This document shows, piece after piece, positions 28,037 through 37,628 of a DNA stretch of 64,000 bases. The notes beneath the pieces are model-generated. The model saw nothing but the letters and a program-made list of their open reading frames with translations. It had not been told where the DNA came from and did not search any database. Within the stretch, counting starts at the first letter, position 1. Each line of letters opens with the position of its first letter. This DNA comes from Deltaproteobacteria bacterium. Lineage in GTDB: Bacteria; Myxococcota; Kuafuiibacteriia; Kuafuiibacteriales; Kuafuiibacteriaceae. The stretch lies in contig JAVJQW010000041.1 in the NCBI GenBank assembly GCA_040218735.1, positions 224,001-288,000 of the forward strand, written 5' to 3'. Both the position numbers and the translations under genes were made by a program.

Positions 28037-28246
28037 ATGAAGACGATTCAAGCTGTCGACACCCAAGAAGTCCTCGAGAACGCCAAGACCATGGGCTCGA
28101 ACGCGCTCGACACCGTGAAGGACGCGAGTGTGCGCGCGAAGGACTACGCCGTGGAGCACAAGGCCATCACGATGGTCGGTGCCGTCGCGGTGGCCGCCAT
28201 GGCGTTCGGCGCGTTCGCGCTGTTCAAGAAGAAGCAGGACGCGTGA
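28037..28246 (+). CDS. Small C-tail-anchored protein, ElaB/YqjD (DUF883)-like
   Basis: Charged helix, C-terminal TM helix, KKK tail. Confidence 0.65.
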   Translation: MKTIQAVDTQEVLENAKTMGSNALDTVKDASVRAKDYAVEHKAITMVGAVAVAAMAFGAFALFKKKQDA

Positions 28247-28247
28247 C

Positions 28248-28610
28248 TCAACCGCCGCCGACCGACGAGGTCTTCGTCATCGGCGGCGCCGCATGGAGGG
28301 TGGGCTCGCAGATCGCCGTGATGCGCGCGATCGGGAACGAAACGAGCAGCCACACCTCTGCGTAGTAATCGAGCTGCACGGAGTGGATCCGTGCGCAACG
28401 ATACCGCCGCTTCGCGCGTGCCATCAGCACCGCGAAGTGGTCCGGTTCCGAAACCTGGAACAGCGACAACAAAGAGAGGCCGCTGTCCTCCTCCGTGATG
28501 AACGTCGCGTCGTGCGAGGGCTCGATGGCCTCGACGACCGCCTGCCGCGAGTAGTGCAGCGTGCAGCCGGAGAGCGCCGCGGCCAACACGACCATGAGCC
28601 ACGCCTTCAT
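28248..28610 (-). CDS. Small hypothetical lipoprotein
   Basis: LSGC lipobox; 4-bp overlap with the upstream gene. Confidence 0.7.
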   Translation of the reverse strand: MKAWLMVVLAAALSGCTLHYSRQAVVEAIEPSHDATFITEEDSGLSLLSLFQVSEPDHFAVLMARAKRRYRCARIHSVQLDYYAEVWLLVSFPIARITAICEPTLHAAPPMTKTSSVGGG

Positions 28611-29359
28611 CGTGGCGGAGGTTTAGCGGATCTCGGCCCGCGGGGCGAGCGCAACGGGGCCGGAACCCACCCGTCGATCGCGCGCGCCGCGGCCGGGCAC
28701 ACCCGTTTGTAGGAAGCGACGCGTTCGGCGGGGGTCTCGCCGGTCGCGCGCGCGAGCATCTCGACGAGGCACTCCGGAGGCGCCCGATCCTCCGCGAGCC
28801 GGTGCGCCAGGCGAGCGCCGAGCGGGTGGGGATCGAAGCGGAGGTCCGCGAGGGCGAGCGCCGACCAGTCGTCCGAGGCCGGGGCCGTCACACGACGCTC
28901 CACCCCCTTCGCGATGAAGTCCGCGACGCCCTCCTCGGCGGCGCGGTGCAGGCGCTCCGTCGGCATCGATGCGGTCGACGTCCCGATGCGGCGCTCGAAG
29001 ACGGCCACGTGCACGAGCTCGTGCACCCACACACTCGGAGGTAGCGCCTCGCCCTCGACGAGCACCACGCCGTTCAGCACTTCGATGCGGTCGAGCGGCG
29101 CACCGTCCACCTCGGGCCCGAAGAGGATGTCGACGCGCTTCGGGGAGATCGCACCGAGCGCGCCGCGGGCGGTGCGTGCCGCCATGAACGCGCGGTAGGG
29201 GGCGCCGCGTTCGCAGCGCGCGAGCTCCCCTCGCATGGCGGCTCCGTTCGCGACGCGCCCGCCCGCGAAGACACGAAGCGTACCGTCATCGAGGTTCGGT
29301 CCGGGGCACACCGTCGACTCACACCCCGCGAGCAACAAGAGCAGATACGCGTGCCTCAT
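28607..29359 (-). CDS. Lipoprotein with gluzincin-type metalloprotease motif
   Basis: LAGC lipobox; HELVH ... EEGVAD. Confidence 0.65.
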   Translation of the reverse strand: MRHAYLLLLLAGCESTVCPGPNLDDGTLRVFAGGRVANGAAMRGELARCERGAPYRAFMAARTARGALGAISPKRVDILFGPEVDGAPLDRIEVLNGVVLVEGEALPPSVWVHELVHVAVFERRIGTSTASMPTERLHRAAEEGVADFIAKGVERRVTAPASDDWSALALADLRFDPHPLGARLAHRLAEDRAPPECLVEMLARATGETPAERVASYKRVCPAAARAIDGWVPAPLRSPRGPRSAKPPPR

Positions 29360-30630
29360 CGGGTGAGTCGGTAGATCAGGAGGGCAGCGCGCTCCGTCGC
29401 GACGCGAAGGTGTGCGATGTCCATGCGCTCCTTGCGGGTGTGGGCGCCGCTCCCCGCGGGACCGAGGCCGGCGAGGGACGCCTTCACGATCGGCGCGACG
29501 AACGAGATGTCCGCGGCGCCGCGTTTCGACGGCGGGACCAGGCCGAGCTTGCCACGCCCGAGGTCCGCGTTGACGCCGGCGAGTCGATCGAACAGCGCCC
29601 GGTTCGCATCGGTCGGCGACATGGCGGGGTAGCCGTCGGTGAACTCGAGCTCGACCTTCGTCTTCGGGAGCGCCGCGCTCGCGATCTTCTTCATCGCGGC
29701 GCGCGCTTCTTCCTTCTGCTTCTCAGAGAGGAAGCGCAGGTCGCCGCTGATCTCGACCGCAGCGCCGAGTTTGTTGCTCTTCCCCGACGCCTCGCCGTGG
29801 GTGTTCGTGCCGTTCAGCTTCGCGTCGGTGCCGCCCGCAACGACGCCGGGGTTGATCGTCAGACCCTCGTGCGCCGCGAACCACGCGCGTGTTGCTTCGA
29901 GGAAACGCGCGGCTTCGTAGATCGCGCCGTACCCCATCGCGCCGCCGATGCCGGAGGAGTGTCCGCCGGGTGCGGTGATGCGCGCGCGCCAGCCGCTCGA
30001 ACCGCGCCGGGCGATCGACACCTCCGCTTCGCCCATCCCCGGCTCGAAGCCGAGCGCGACGTCCGAGATCTTCGCGGCGTCGATCAGCGCGCGGCGCGTC
30101 CGTTCGACCGGCTTGCCCGGCTTCTCCTCGTCGCCGATCAGCGCGACGGTGATCGTCACGTCGTCGAGCGCCTTCGCCGCGTGCAGCGCTTCGAGCGCCG
30201 CGAGGATCACGACGTCGCCGCCCTTCATGTCGTAGACGCCGGGCCCGACGAGGAACTTGCCGTCCCGCTTCACGCGTTGGAACGGGTCGTCCGGCTCGAA
30301 CACGGTGTCGAGGTGTCCGATGAGCAGGATGCGTTGCCCGCGCGTCCCGCGGCGTGTGGCGAAGAGGTGCCCGCCGCGCTTCATTCGCTTCGGGAGGGTG
30401 ATCCAGCGGGTGTCGAAGCCGATCCCCGCGAGGCGCTTTCGGAAGACCTCACCGACCTTCCGAACGCCCGCAGGATTCAACGTCCCGCTGTTGATGCGGG
30501 ACGTCTCGGTCACGAGCGCCACCGCCTCGTCCGCGTGCGCGGCGACGTGGGCGACGATCGCGCGTTCCGAGGCGTCGAGATCGGCCGAAACGAGCGTGGT
30601 GGCGACGGTCAGCGCGAGCGGCGCGAGCAC
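29356..30630 (-). CDS. M20-family metallo-hydrolase (glutamate carboxypeptidase-like), exported
   Basis: GHLDTV, GPGVYDMKGG, GDEE, FEP, GAHT..E. Confidence 0.92.
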   Translation of the reverse strand: MLAPLALTVATTLVSADLDASERAIVAHVAAHADEAVALVTETSRINSGTLNPAGVRKVGEVFRKRLAGIGFDTRWITLPKRMKRGGHLFATRRGTRGQRILLIGHLDTVFEPDDPFQRVKRDGKFLVGPGVYDMKGGDVVILAALEALHAAKALDDVTITVALIGDEEKPGKPVERTRRALIDAAKISDVALGFEPGMGEAEVSIARRGSSGWRARITAPGGHSSGIGGAMGYGAIYEAARFLEATRAWFAAHEGLTINPGVVAGGTDAKLNGTNTHGEASGKSNKLGAAVEISGDLRFLSEKQKEEARAAMKKIASAALPKTKVELEFTDGYPAMSPTDANRALFDRLAGVNADLGRGKLGLVPPSKRGAADISFVAPIVKASLAGLGPAGSGAHTRKERMDIAHLRVATERAALLIYRLTR

Positions 30631-30705
30631 CCCGCGAGTCTACCCAGGGAGCCCGAACCGTGCCATAAGGCCGCCGAAACAGGCGTTTCTCGGAGGGAGC
30701 AGCAC

Positions 30706-31449
30706 TTGGGCGGTTTCATGCGCACGTTGGCCAAAGTGGGCCTGGTCGAACTGGAAGACGACGAACTGCGGGGGCCGGACGGCGCGCCCGCCGAAGAGAT
30801 GAGCGACGACGAAGCGCGTCGGATCATCGCGGAGGCGTCGGGCCGAAGCGGCGACGCGACCCAGCCCGCGCCCGCCGCGAGCCCCGAGCCGGAACCGCTT
30901 GTCGACCTGCCCCCTGGGACCACGATCGAAGAGGGCCAGTCATTCGATACGCTCTACGAAGAAGCCGGGGTGCGACCGTCCCCGTTCAGCGCCGAGAAGC
31001 TCCTTCGTCTCCTCGAAGGGCTCAAGGTGATGGACCCGGCTTCGCGGAAGACCGCGGTCCGCGCGATGGACTCGGCGGACGACTCCTGGACCATCGAGGA
31101 TCCGATGATCGACGCGCAGCGAAAGATCGGGGCGCTCGAAGCCGGGAAACGTCGGCTCGCGGAGCACGTCGGTCAGGCGCAGGCGAAGGCCGAAGCCGAC
31201 CTGAAGGCGCAGGCGGAGTACGAGGTCCAGGCGACCGAGGAGATCCGCAAGCAGATCGCGGAGCTCGAGGCGTTGCTGCAGCGGGAGGTCCATCAGGTCG
31301 CCGAGCAGCGCGCGAAGATCCAAGCCGAAGCCGAGGCGACCCGTCAGGCGGCCACGCGCGAGAGCGCGCGGTTGGACGCCGAGATCGGTCGGCTCGCCGA
31401 GATCACGAAGCTGTTCTCGCAACCCACCTCAGAACCAGGGAGTCAGTGA
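30706..31449 (+). CDS. Hypothetical protein with C-terminal coiled coil
   Basis: TTG 30706 follows GGAGGGAG (alternative ATG 30718); acidic/Pro linker; long heptad-rich C-terminus. Confidence 0.8.
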   Translation: MGGFMRTLAKVGLVELEDDELRGPDGAPAEEMSDDEARRIIAEASGRSGDATQPAPAASPEPEPLVDLPPGTTIEEGQSFDTLYEEAGVRPSPFSAEKLLRLLEGLKVMDPASRKTAVRAMDSADDSWTIEDPMIDAQRKIGALEAGKRRLAEHVGQAQAKAEADLKAQAEYEVQATEEIRKQIAELEALLQREVHQVAEQRAKIQAEAEATRQAATRESARLDAEIGRLAEITKLFSQPTSEPGSQ

Positions 31450-31453
31450 ATCG

Positions 31454-33124
31454 ATGGCCAAGCTCACGCCAGCCGCCAAGGGTCTCATCACCATCACCAT
31501 CCTCGCCATCGCCGGCGCCGCCGCATGGCACCTCGGGGTGAAGGACATGATCGCCGGTAACGCCGGCGGCGGAGGGGACCCGCCCCCGAACAACAACAAC
31601 ACCGGGGGCAACACCGACGTCGCGACCAACAACGGCGGCGACGGTGCGCTCGGGAGCGCGAACAACCCGCTGAAGGTGTCGATCGTGAGCTTTCACGGCT
31701 ACGCGCCGGCGCTGGTCGCGAACGGCAAGTCGCTGAAGACGCAGCCGGGCTCGATCTACGCGAAGAAGGGGATCAACGTGGAGTTCGTCATCCAGGACGA
31801 CATCCCGACGCTCTCCACGATCTTCACGTCGAACGTCGCGCAGTGCGCGTGGCGTACGAGTGACTTCTGGGCGCAGGAGCACCCCAACCTCAGGAACGCG
31901 GGGCTCGACGGCAAGGCGATCGTCGTCGTCGACAACACGCAGGGCGGCGACGCCGTCATCGCGCGCGACCCGGCGATGAAGCGGATCGAGGACCTCGCGG
32001 GGCGCTCGGTCGCGCTCCTGCAGTACACGCCGTCGGACGGCATGGTGATCGACGCCGTCGACAACTCGTCGTTGTCGGCGCGCAAGAAGAAGTCGGTGAA
32101 GTACGTCTACGTGAACGCGGACGAGGGCACCGCCGGGGTGCGAGCGGCGTTCGAGAGCGGCAACGTCGACGCCGCGGCGCTGTGGGATCCGGACCTGTCG
32201 CTCGCGCTGAAGAACACCCCCGGCGCGCACGTCATCTACTCGACGAAGACCGCGACGAACCTGATCTACGACGTCATGGTCTGCAACAAGAAGTACCTGG
32301 ACGACCCGGCGAACGAGGCGGCCTTCTCCGGCTTCGTCGCGGGCTGGCTCGAGGGTGTGGAGGTCGCGAACAACAACCACGACGAGGCGCTCGACGCGCT
32401 CGTGAAGACGGAGGAGTTCTTCGCGCTGTTGAAGCAGAAGGAAGGCGACGCGTTCGTGAAGGGGCTGTTCAAGAACCTGGTGTGGACGGGCCTGAAGGAC
32501 AACGCCCGCATCCTGGGGCTCTCCGGTCAGACCAACCACTACGAGCGTGTCTACAAGCGCTTCGACATCATCTACCGCGGCGCGGGCGCGCTGGCGGATC
32601 CGAACTCGCCGGTCATCAACCCGCAGGAGTCGTTCGACTACCGCTTCGTGAAGAAGCTGTTGGCGTCGAACCCCACGGCGCAGGCCGAGGCCAAGAAGCC
32701 CGAGTACACCTTCACGGCGAACGCGGCGGTCGAGGCGGCGAAGAAGCCGGCGAGCCTCACGAAGCCGGTGACGGTCGGCTTCAAGTCGGGCTCGGCGGAT
32801 CTCACGAAGCGCGCGCAGAAGACGATCGACGAGGAGATGGTGCCGCTGATCGAGAACAACGGCTCGGCGTACTTCGAGGTCTCGGGTAACACGGACTCCA
32901 CGGGCAGCAAGGCCGTGAACATGAAGCTGTCGAAGAAGCGCGCGCAGGCGGTCGTCGACTACCTCGTCGCGGAGTGGGAGTTCGGGAAGGATCGCTTCGT
33001 CGTCGTCGGGTACGGCCCGTCGCGCCCGCTGTGCAACGAGAAGAATCCGAAGGAAGAGGACCTGAGCCTCGAGGACTGCCGCGCGGCGAACCGCACCACG
33101 CGCCTCGCCGTCCTCGCGCGCTGA
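31454..33124 (+). CDS. NMT1/SsuA-type ABC substrate-binding domain fused to OmpA-C domain
   Basis: N-terminal TM; DNTQGGDA.IAR, DL.G..VA, VDAAALWDP; C-terminal GNTD.TG...NMKLSKKRA.AV...NR. Confidence 0.88.
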   Translation: MAKLTPAAKGLITITILAIAGAAAWHLGVKDMIAGNAGGGGDPPPNNNNTGGNTDVATNNGGDGALGSANNPLKVSIVSFHGYAPALVANGKSLKTQPGSIYAKKGINVEFVIQDDIPTLSTIFTSNVAQCAWRTSDFWAQEHPNLRNAGLDGKAIVVVDNTQGGDAVIARDPAMKRIEDLAGRSVALLQYTPSDGMVIDAVDNSSLSARKKKSVKYVYVNADEGTAGVRAAFESGNVDAAALWDPDLSLALKNTPGAHVIYSTKTATNLIYDVMVCNKKYLDDPANEAAFSGFVAGWLEGVEVANNNHDEALDALVKTEEFFALLKQKEGDAFVKGLFKNLVWTGLKDNARILGLSGQTNHYERVYKRFDIIYRGAGALADPNSPVINPQESFDYRFVKKLLASNPTAQAEAKKPEYTFTANAAVEAAKKPASLTKPVTVGFKSGSADLTKRAQKTIDEEMVPLIENNGSAYFEVSGNTDSTGSKAVNMKLSKKRAQAVVDYLVAEWEFGKDRFVVVGYGPSRPLCNEKNPKEEDLSLEDCRAANRTTRLAVLAR

Positions 33125-33128
33125 CGCG

Positions 33129-33923
33129 ATGTGGAACCCGTACGACGAGCTGCCGCAGAAGAAGCGGCAGCTGCTCGGGGTGGCCGCGGTCGCGGGGGTG
33201 CTCGTCCTCTGGTCGATCGTGTCGGGGCTGGAGCTGGTCGCGAAGGCGAAGCTCCCGGCGCCCTGGCACGTCGGTGAGGCGTTCCTCCAGCTCCTCTCCT
33301 ACAACGAGGCGAAGGGTGAGCGGCTGCTGGTGGTCGCGACGCTCTACTCCGTGGCGCGGGTCGCCGCGGCGGGTGTCGTGGTCATCGTGGTGGGCCTGCC
33401 GATCGGCATCCTCATGGGCGCGTCGACGCGCGTGAACGCGGTGTTGTCACCGCTGGTGGATCCGTTCCGCTCGGCGCCGATCGTCGCGGTGCTGCCGATC
33501 CTCGTGATGTGGCTGGGCATCGGCGAGGAGATGAAGGTCGTCTTCTTGAGCCTGGGCGCGGTGGTGTACCTCATCCCGATGGTGCGCGACGCGATTCAGG
33601 CGGTGCCGTCGAGTTACTGGATCAGCGCGCGGGACCTCGGCGCGACGCAGTGGGAAGCGGTGCGGCTGTCGGTGATCCCGATGGCGATGCCGCGGATCGC
33701 GGACGCGATCATCGTGGCGATCTCCGTGATGTGGACGTACATCACGGTCGCCGAGTACGTGAACGCGCAGAAGGGGCTGGGGCAACTCATCCAGAACGCG
33801 CGTCGCTTCTCGGCGATGGACCAGGTCTTCGTCGGCATCATCGTGATCATCGGGCTCGCGCTCGTGACCTACTCGCTGATGACGACGATCAAGCGGAAGC
33901 TCTACCCGTGGGAGGCGCAATGA
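33129..33923 (+). CDS. ABC transporter permease (SsuC/TauC type)
   Basis: Six TM helices; EAA-like ARDLGAT; TVAEY...GLG. Confidence 0.92.
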   Translation: MWNPYDELPQKKRQLLGVAAVAGVLVLWSIVSGLELVAKAKLPAPWHVGEAFLQLLSYNEAKGERLLVVATLYSVARVAAAGVVVIVVGLPIGILMGASTRVNAVLSPLVDPFRSAPIVAVLPILVMWLGIGEEMKVVFLSLGAVVYLIPMVRDAIQAVPSSYWISARDLGATQWEAVRLSVIPMAMPRIADAIIVAISVMWTYITVAEYVNAQKGLGQLIQNARRFSAMDQVFVGIIVIIGLALVTYSLMTTIKRKLYPWEAQ

Positions 33924-34750
33924 GCGACGAGGCGCTGACGATGGAGCTGAAGGACATCGTCCAGGAGTATCCGAAGCCGGACGGCTCCGGCCCGCTGCGG
34001 GTCGTGGACGGCGTGAACCTCGTCTTCGACAAGCCGGGCATCAACATGTTGCTCGGGCCGTCGGGGTGCGGGAAGTCGACGATCCTCAAGATGATGGGCG
34101 GCGTGCGCCCGATCGGCGTGAAGACGCCGACGGAGGGGGTCGTCACGATCGACGGAGCGCCGTGCCACGGCGCGCACGACGACGCCGTGATGGTGTTCCA
34201 GCGGTACGCGAACCGGCCGGACCTCACGGTCGAGGAGAACGTGCGGCTGCCGTTTCGGATGAAGCTGTGGAAGTCGCGGGTGCCGGACGCCGAGCGGGAG
34301 GAGCGCGTGAAACACATCCTCGAAGCGGTCGGGCTCGCCGAGAAGGCGAGCCTCAGGCCGTCGCAGCTCTCGGGTGGTCAGAACCAGCGTGTCGCGTTGG
34401 CCCGGGCGCTCGTCCTGCGGCCGAAGATCCTGCTGATGGACGAGCCGTTCGGAGCGCTCGACGCCCAGACGCGCGAGGAGATGCAGCACCTGTTGATCGA
34501 GCTGTACAACGAGCGGCCGTGCATCATCGTCTTCGTCACGCACGACATCACGGAGGCGTTGCTCCTCGGCGACCGCGTCATCGTGCTGTCGACGCAGCCG
34601 GCGACGGTGGCCTCGGACTTCACGATCGCCGAGCCGCGCCCGCGTTCGGCGGTGTGGCAGCGCTCGACGGAGGCGGTGAAGATGGAGGAGGACGTCCTCG
34701 CGATCCTCCACGGCGGTGGCTCGCGCGGTCAGATGCGGGTGTCGATCTGA
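33920..34750 (+). CDS. ABC transporter ATP-binding protein (SsuB/TauB type)
   Basis: GPSGCGKS, LSGGQ, LLMDEPFGALD, VTHD; ATG 33920 overlaps the permease stop. Confidence 0.95.
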   Translation: MSDEALTMELKDIVQEYPKPDGSGPLRVVDGVNLVFDKPGINMLLGPSGCGKSTILKMMGGVRPIGVKTPTEGVVTIDGAPCHGAHDDAVMVFQRYANRPDLTVEENVRLPFRMKLWKSRVPDAEREERVKHILEAVGLAEKASLRPSQLSGGQNQRVALARALVLRPKILLMDEPFGALDAQTREEMQHLLIELYNERPCIIVFVTHDITEALLLGDRVIVLSTQPATVASDFTIAEPRPRSAVWQRSTEAVKMEEDVLAILHGGGSRGQMRVSI

Positions 34751-34759
34751 GTTGAAGCG

Positions 34760-35593
34760 GTGGCGGCGAAGGAAAAGAAGAAGCCCTCCTACCTGAAGGA
34801 GATGTTGCTGCACCCGAACAACGGCTACGCGGCGGCGGCGGCTTTGGTCGGCGGCGCCGTGTTGTCGATCCCGTTCGGGCTCGGCGTCGGGCTCATCCCG
34901 GTGATCGCGTTCGGCGCCGGGGAGGCGATCGCTTCGCTCTTCATTCCGAGTAGCCCGAAGTTCCGCGAGAAGGTCGACAAGAAGTTCCGCTCGCGCGGGC
35001 GGGAGGAGGTGCGCAACCACCTCATCCAGGAGATCCAGACGCGGGTCGGGTTCGAGTCCGAGGACATGTGGGCGACGTACCGGCGGATGCGGGATCGGAT
35101 CACGTCGTTGCAGGCGATGGCCGCGAAACACGAGACGCAGCTCTCGGACCGCGACGTCGAAGCGCTCGACGACGCGACGGTGAAGTGGCTCGGATACTGG
35201 CTCGCGAACCTCACGATGGCCGATCGTCGCAACATGATCGACGAGACTACGCTCCAATCGCGTGTGGCGGACATCGCCCGGCAGATCGAGAAGGCTTCGT
35301 CGCGCTCCGAGCGGGTGCGGCTCGAGAAGACGCGGAACGATCTCGAGGCGCTCATCAAGCGGCGCACGACGCTCCGCACGCGGCAGACCGAGGTCGAAAC
35401 GACGATGCTCACGATGGCGGACTCCCTGGAAGAGGTCTACCAGCAGGTCGTCGCCAACCCGACCGCGCCCGAAGTGGGGACGCAGCTGCGCGAAGCCGCG
35501 GAGCGGATGCGCGTCGAGGAGGCGCTCGACCACGCGATCGAAGACGAGCTGGACGCGATGCTGCGACCCCAGCCCGCGAAACAGACGACCTGA
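34760..35593 (+). CDS. Hypothetical protein, two N-terminal TM helices + cytoplasmic coiled coil
   Basis: Hydrophobic hairpin at about residues 22-62, then long charged helices. Confidence 0.75.
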   Translation: MAAKEKKKPSYLKEMLLHPNNGYAAAAALVGGAVLSIPFGLGVGLIPVIAFGAGEAIASLFIPSSPKFREKVDKKFRSRGREEVRNHLIQEIQTRVGFESEDMWATYRRMRDRITSLQAMAAKHETQLSDRDVEALDDATVKWLGYWLANLTMADRRNMIDETTLQSRVADIARQIEKASSRSERVRLEKTRNDLEALIKRRTTLRTRQTEVETTMLTMADSLEEVYQQVVANPTAPEVGTQLREAAERMRVEEALDHAIEDELDAMLRPQPAKQTT

Positions 35594-35608
35594 CCAAGGA
35601 GGTGCCCG

Positions 35609-36463
35609 ATGATTGGGCTCGAAGACCTGAAGGCCCACCACGATTTCGACGCGAGTCATCAGCGCGTGGAGGCGGTCGTCGACCACATCGTGAACGACCC
35701 GATCGAGCGGGTGCGCGTGCTCGCGAACTACACCTCGTGGAATGGGTTCTTCGGAGCGGGGGTCGCCGCGCTCGCGGGTAAGATCGGGCGGTCGAGGCGG
35801 ATGTTCCTGGATCCGGATCAGCCGATACGGGCGGTGGCGGATCGAAGTGTGCTGGTGGCGAGTTACTTCTTCGATGCCGCGCGCGATGAGTTCGATGACT
35901 CGACGACGCAGCAACGCGACACCCACCGGTGCCTCGCGCAGGCGTTCATCGCGGGGTTGATCAAGTACGGCGCCGAAGCGGAGGGCGTCGCGCCGCTCGC
36001 GGACGTCGAACAGGTGAACGCGCTGCTCGTGGAGCCGGAGTGGCTGAAGTCACTCAACGACCAGGTCGCGTACGGTTACGGCGCGCGCGGGAACGACACG
36101 GCGCTCGCGGTGTTTCGGGCGATGGGTTACCACCTCGGCAGCGAGGTGCTCGCGGACGTGGAGTTCTCGGTGCTCGACGAGAAACTCACCGCGAAGGCGC
36201 CGGCGCTCACCGCGTACCTGAAGAACACCGAGCTCGATGTGGCCGGTGAGAAACACGTGCCCTACGCGTGGCTCGAAGTGCACTCCGGTCATGGCGGTGG
36301 CGCGGAGGCGGACCACTTCGAGTGGGCGGCGCGGGGGGTCGAGCGTGCGTTCGACTACACACCGAAGGACCAGCACGAGGAGCTGCGTCACCAGGTCGTC
36401 TCCGGCTTCGAGGACTTCGCGAAGGACCACGATGAGTTCTTCGCGCGGGTGCTGAAGGACTGA
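35609..36463 (+). CDS. Heme-oxygenase-like (CADD/PqqC/TenA-fold) putative diiron enzyme
   Basis: AAGGAGG RBS; ligand pattern DE...THR ... GSE ... VH...EADH; all-helical. Confidence 0.65.
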   Translation: MIGLEDLKAHHDFDASHQRVEAVVDHIVNDPIERVRVLANYTSWNGFFGAGVAALAGKIGRSRRMFLDPDQPIRAVADRSVLVASYFFDAARDEFDDSTTQQRDTHRCLAQAFIAGLIKYGAEAEGVAPLADVEQVNALLVEPEWLKSLNDQVAYGYGARGNDTALAVFRAMGYHLGSEVLADVEFSVLDEKLTAKAPALTAYLKNTELDVAGEKHVPYAWLEVHSGHGGGAEADHFEWAARGVERAFDYTPKDQHEELRHQVVSGFEDFAKDHDEFFARVLKD

Positions 36464-36464
36464 C

Positions 36465-37628
36465 GTGGAGGTCCAGTGCTACCGCCACGCGGGGGTGGCC
36501 GCGTTCGACACGTGCTCCGGCTGTACGCAGGCGATGTGCACGGTGTGTACGTCCATGGTGGGTGGGCGAGTGTTCTGTCCGCCGTGCGCGCAGAAGGCGC
36601 ACCGCAGCAAGAAGGTCACCACGGCGCTGGTCGTCGGGCTCGCCGGCGCGGCGGTGGTGGGCCTCGGCGTGTGGATGGCGCTACAGGAGCCGAAGTACGA
36701 CTACGGGCGTTACGCGCGGGACATCGATAAACTCAGCGCGCAGCTCGAGAAGGAGCCGTGTGACCGCGCGAAGATCGTGCAACTCACGGACAAGATGTTG
36801 TCGGCGGGTGACAACCGCGGCGCGCTCACGCGCGCTCAGCAATTCTTCGATCAGTGCGGTGAGTTGCTCAGGCTGAGGTGGATTACCTACGAAGCGCACA
36901 AACGTCTGAGTGAGCTCGACCTCGCGGTGAAGGACGTGACGATGCTGATCGACGACCGCCCGGAGGACGCGGACTTCTGGTGGTGGCGCGGCATGGCCTA
37001 CGAGCAGGCAGGGCAGTGGGACAAGGCGGCGGCGGACTACCGGCAGTGCATCGCCAACAAACCGCGCATCACGCGCATCCCGTTCAACCTCGCGCGTATG
37101 TACGAGAAGATGGACCAGCCGTGTGAGGGCATCTTCCCGATCGAGCAGTTCCTCTACTACCACCCGAAGGCGTGGTCGGACCTGAAGGTGAAGAAGCAGC
37201 TCGACCGCCTCAAGTCGAACCCGAGGTGCAGCGCGGTGACGACACGCGGGAAGGCGAAGATTCGCTTCGACGCCGAGTCGGGCATCATCCGCGCGCCCGT
37301 CGAGCTGAACGGAAAAACCACCGCGAGCCTGATCCTCGACACCGGCGCGACGTACGTCGTGTTGTCCCGAGCGCTCGCCGAGGAGGCCGGCGTGTCGATC
37401 GACCGCGAGCAGCGCATCCTCGTCGCCACCGCCGGCGGGCTGCGTGAGGCGTACCTCGTGACGTTGGAGTCCGTGAAGGTGCAGGGCATCGAGGCGAAGA
37501 ACATCCCGGCCGTCGTGCAAGACGACTTGCCGGAGGGGATGATCGGGTTGCTCGGTCTGAGTTTCCTCGCCCGCCACACGATCGAGATCGATCGCGCCAA
37601 GGGCGTCGCGCACCTCGAAGCGCGCTAG
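36465..37628 (+). CDS. B-box zinc finger + TM + TPR + retropepsin-like aspartic protease
   Basis: C..H...C..C...C..C...C..C; TM helix; TPR-like helices; ILDTGAT ... GLLGLSFL. Confidence 0.85.
   Translation: MEVQCYRHAGVAAFDTCSGCTQAMCTVCTSMVGGRVFCPPCAQKAHRSKKVTTALVVGLAGAAVVGLGVWMALQEPKYDYGRYARDIDKLSAQLEKEPCDRAKIVQLTDKMLSAGDNRGALTRAQQFFDQCGELLRLRWITYEAHKRLSELDLAVKDVTMLIDDRPEDADFWWWRGMAYEQAGQWDKAAADYRQCIANKPRITRIPFNLARMYEKMDQPCEGIFPIEQFLYYHPKAWSDLKVKKQLDRLKSNPRCSAVTTRGKAKIRFDAESGIIRAPVELNGKTTASLILDTGATYVVLSRALAEEAGVSIDREQRILVATAGGLREAYLVTLESVKVQGIEAKNIPAVVQDDLPEGMIGLLGLSFLARHTIEIDRAKGVAHLEAR

Noticed and set aside
29410-30705. N-terminal 430 aa of the 679-aa ORF 29410-31449
   Set aside because: Overlaps the M20 peptidase antisense; the RBS points to a start at 30706 or 30718.
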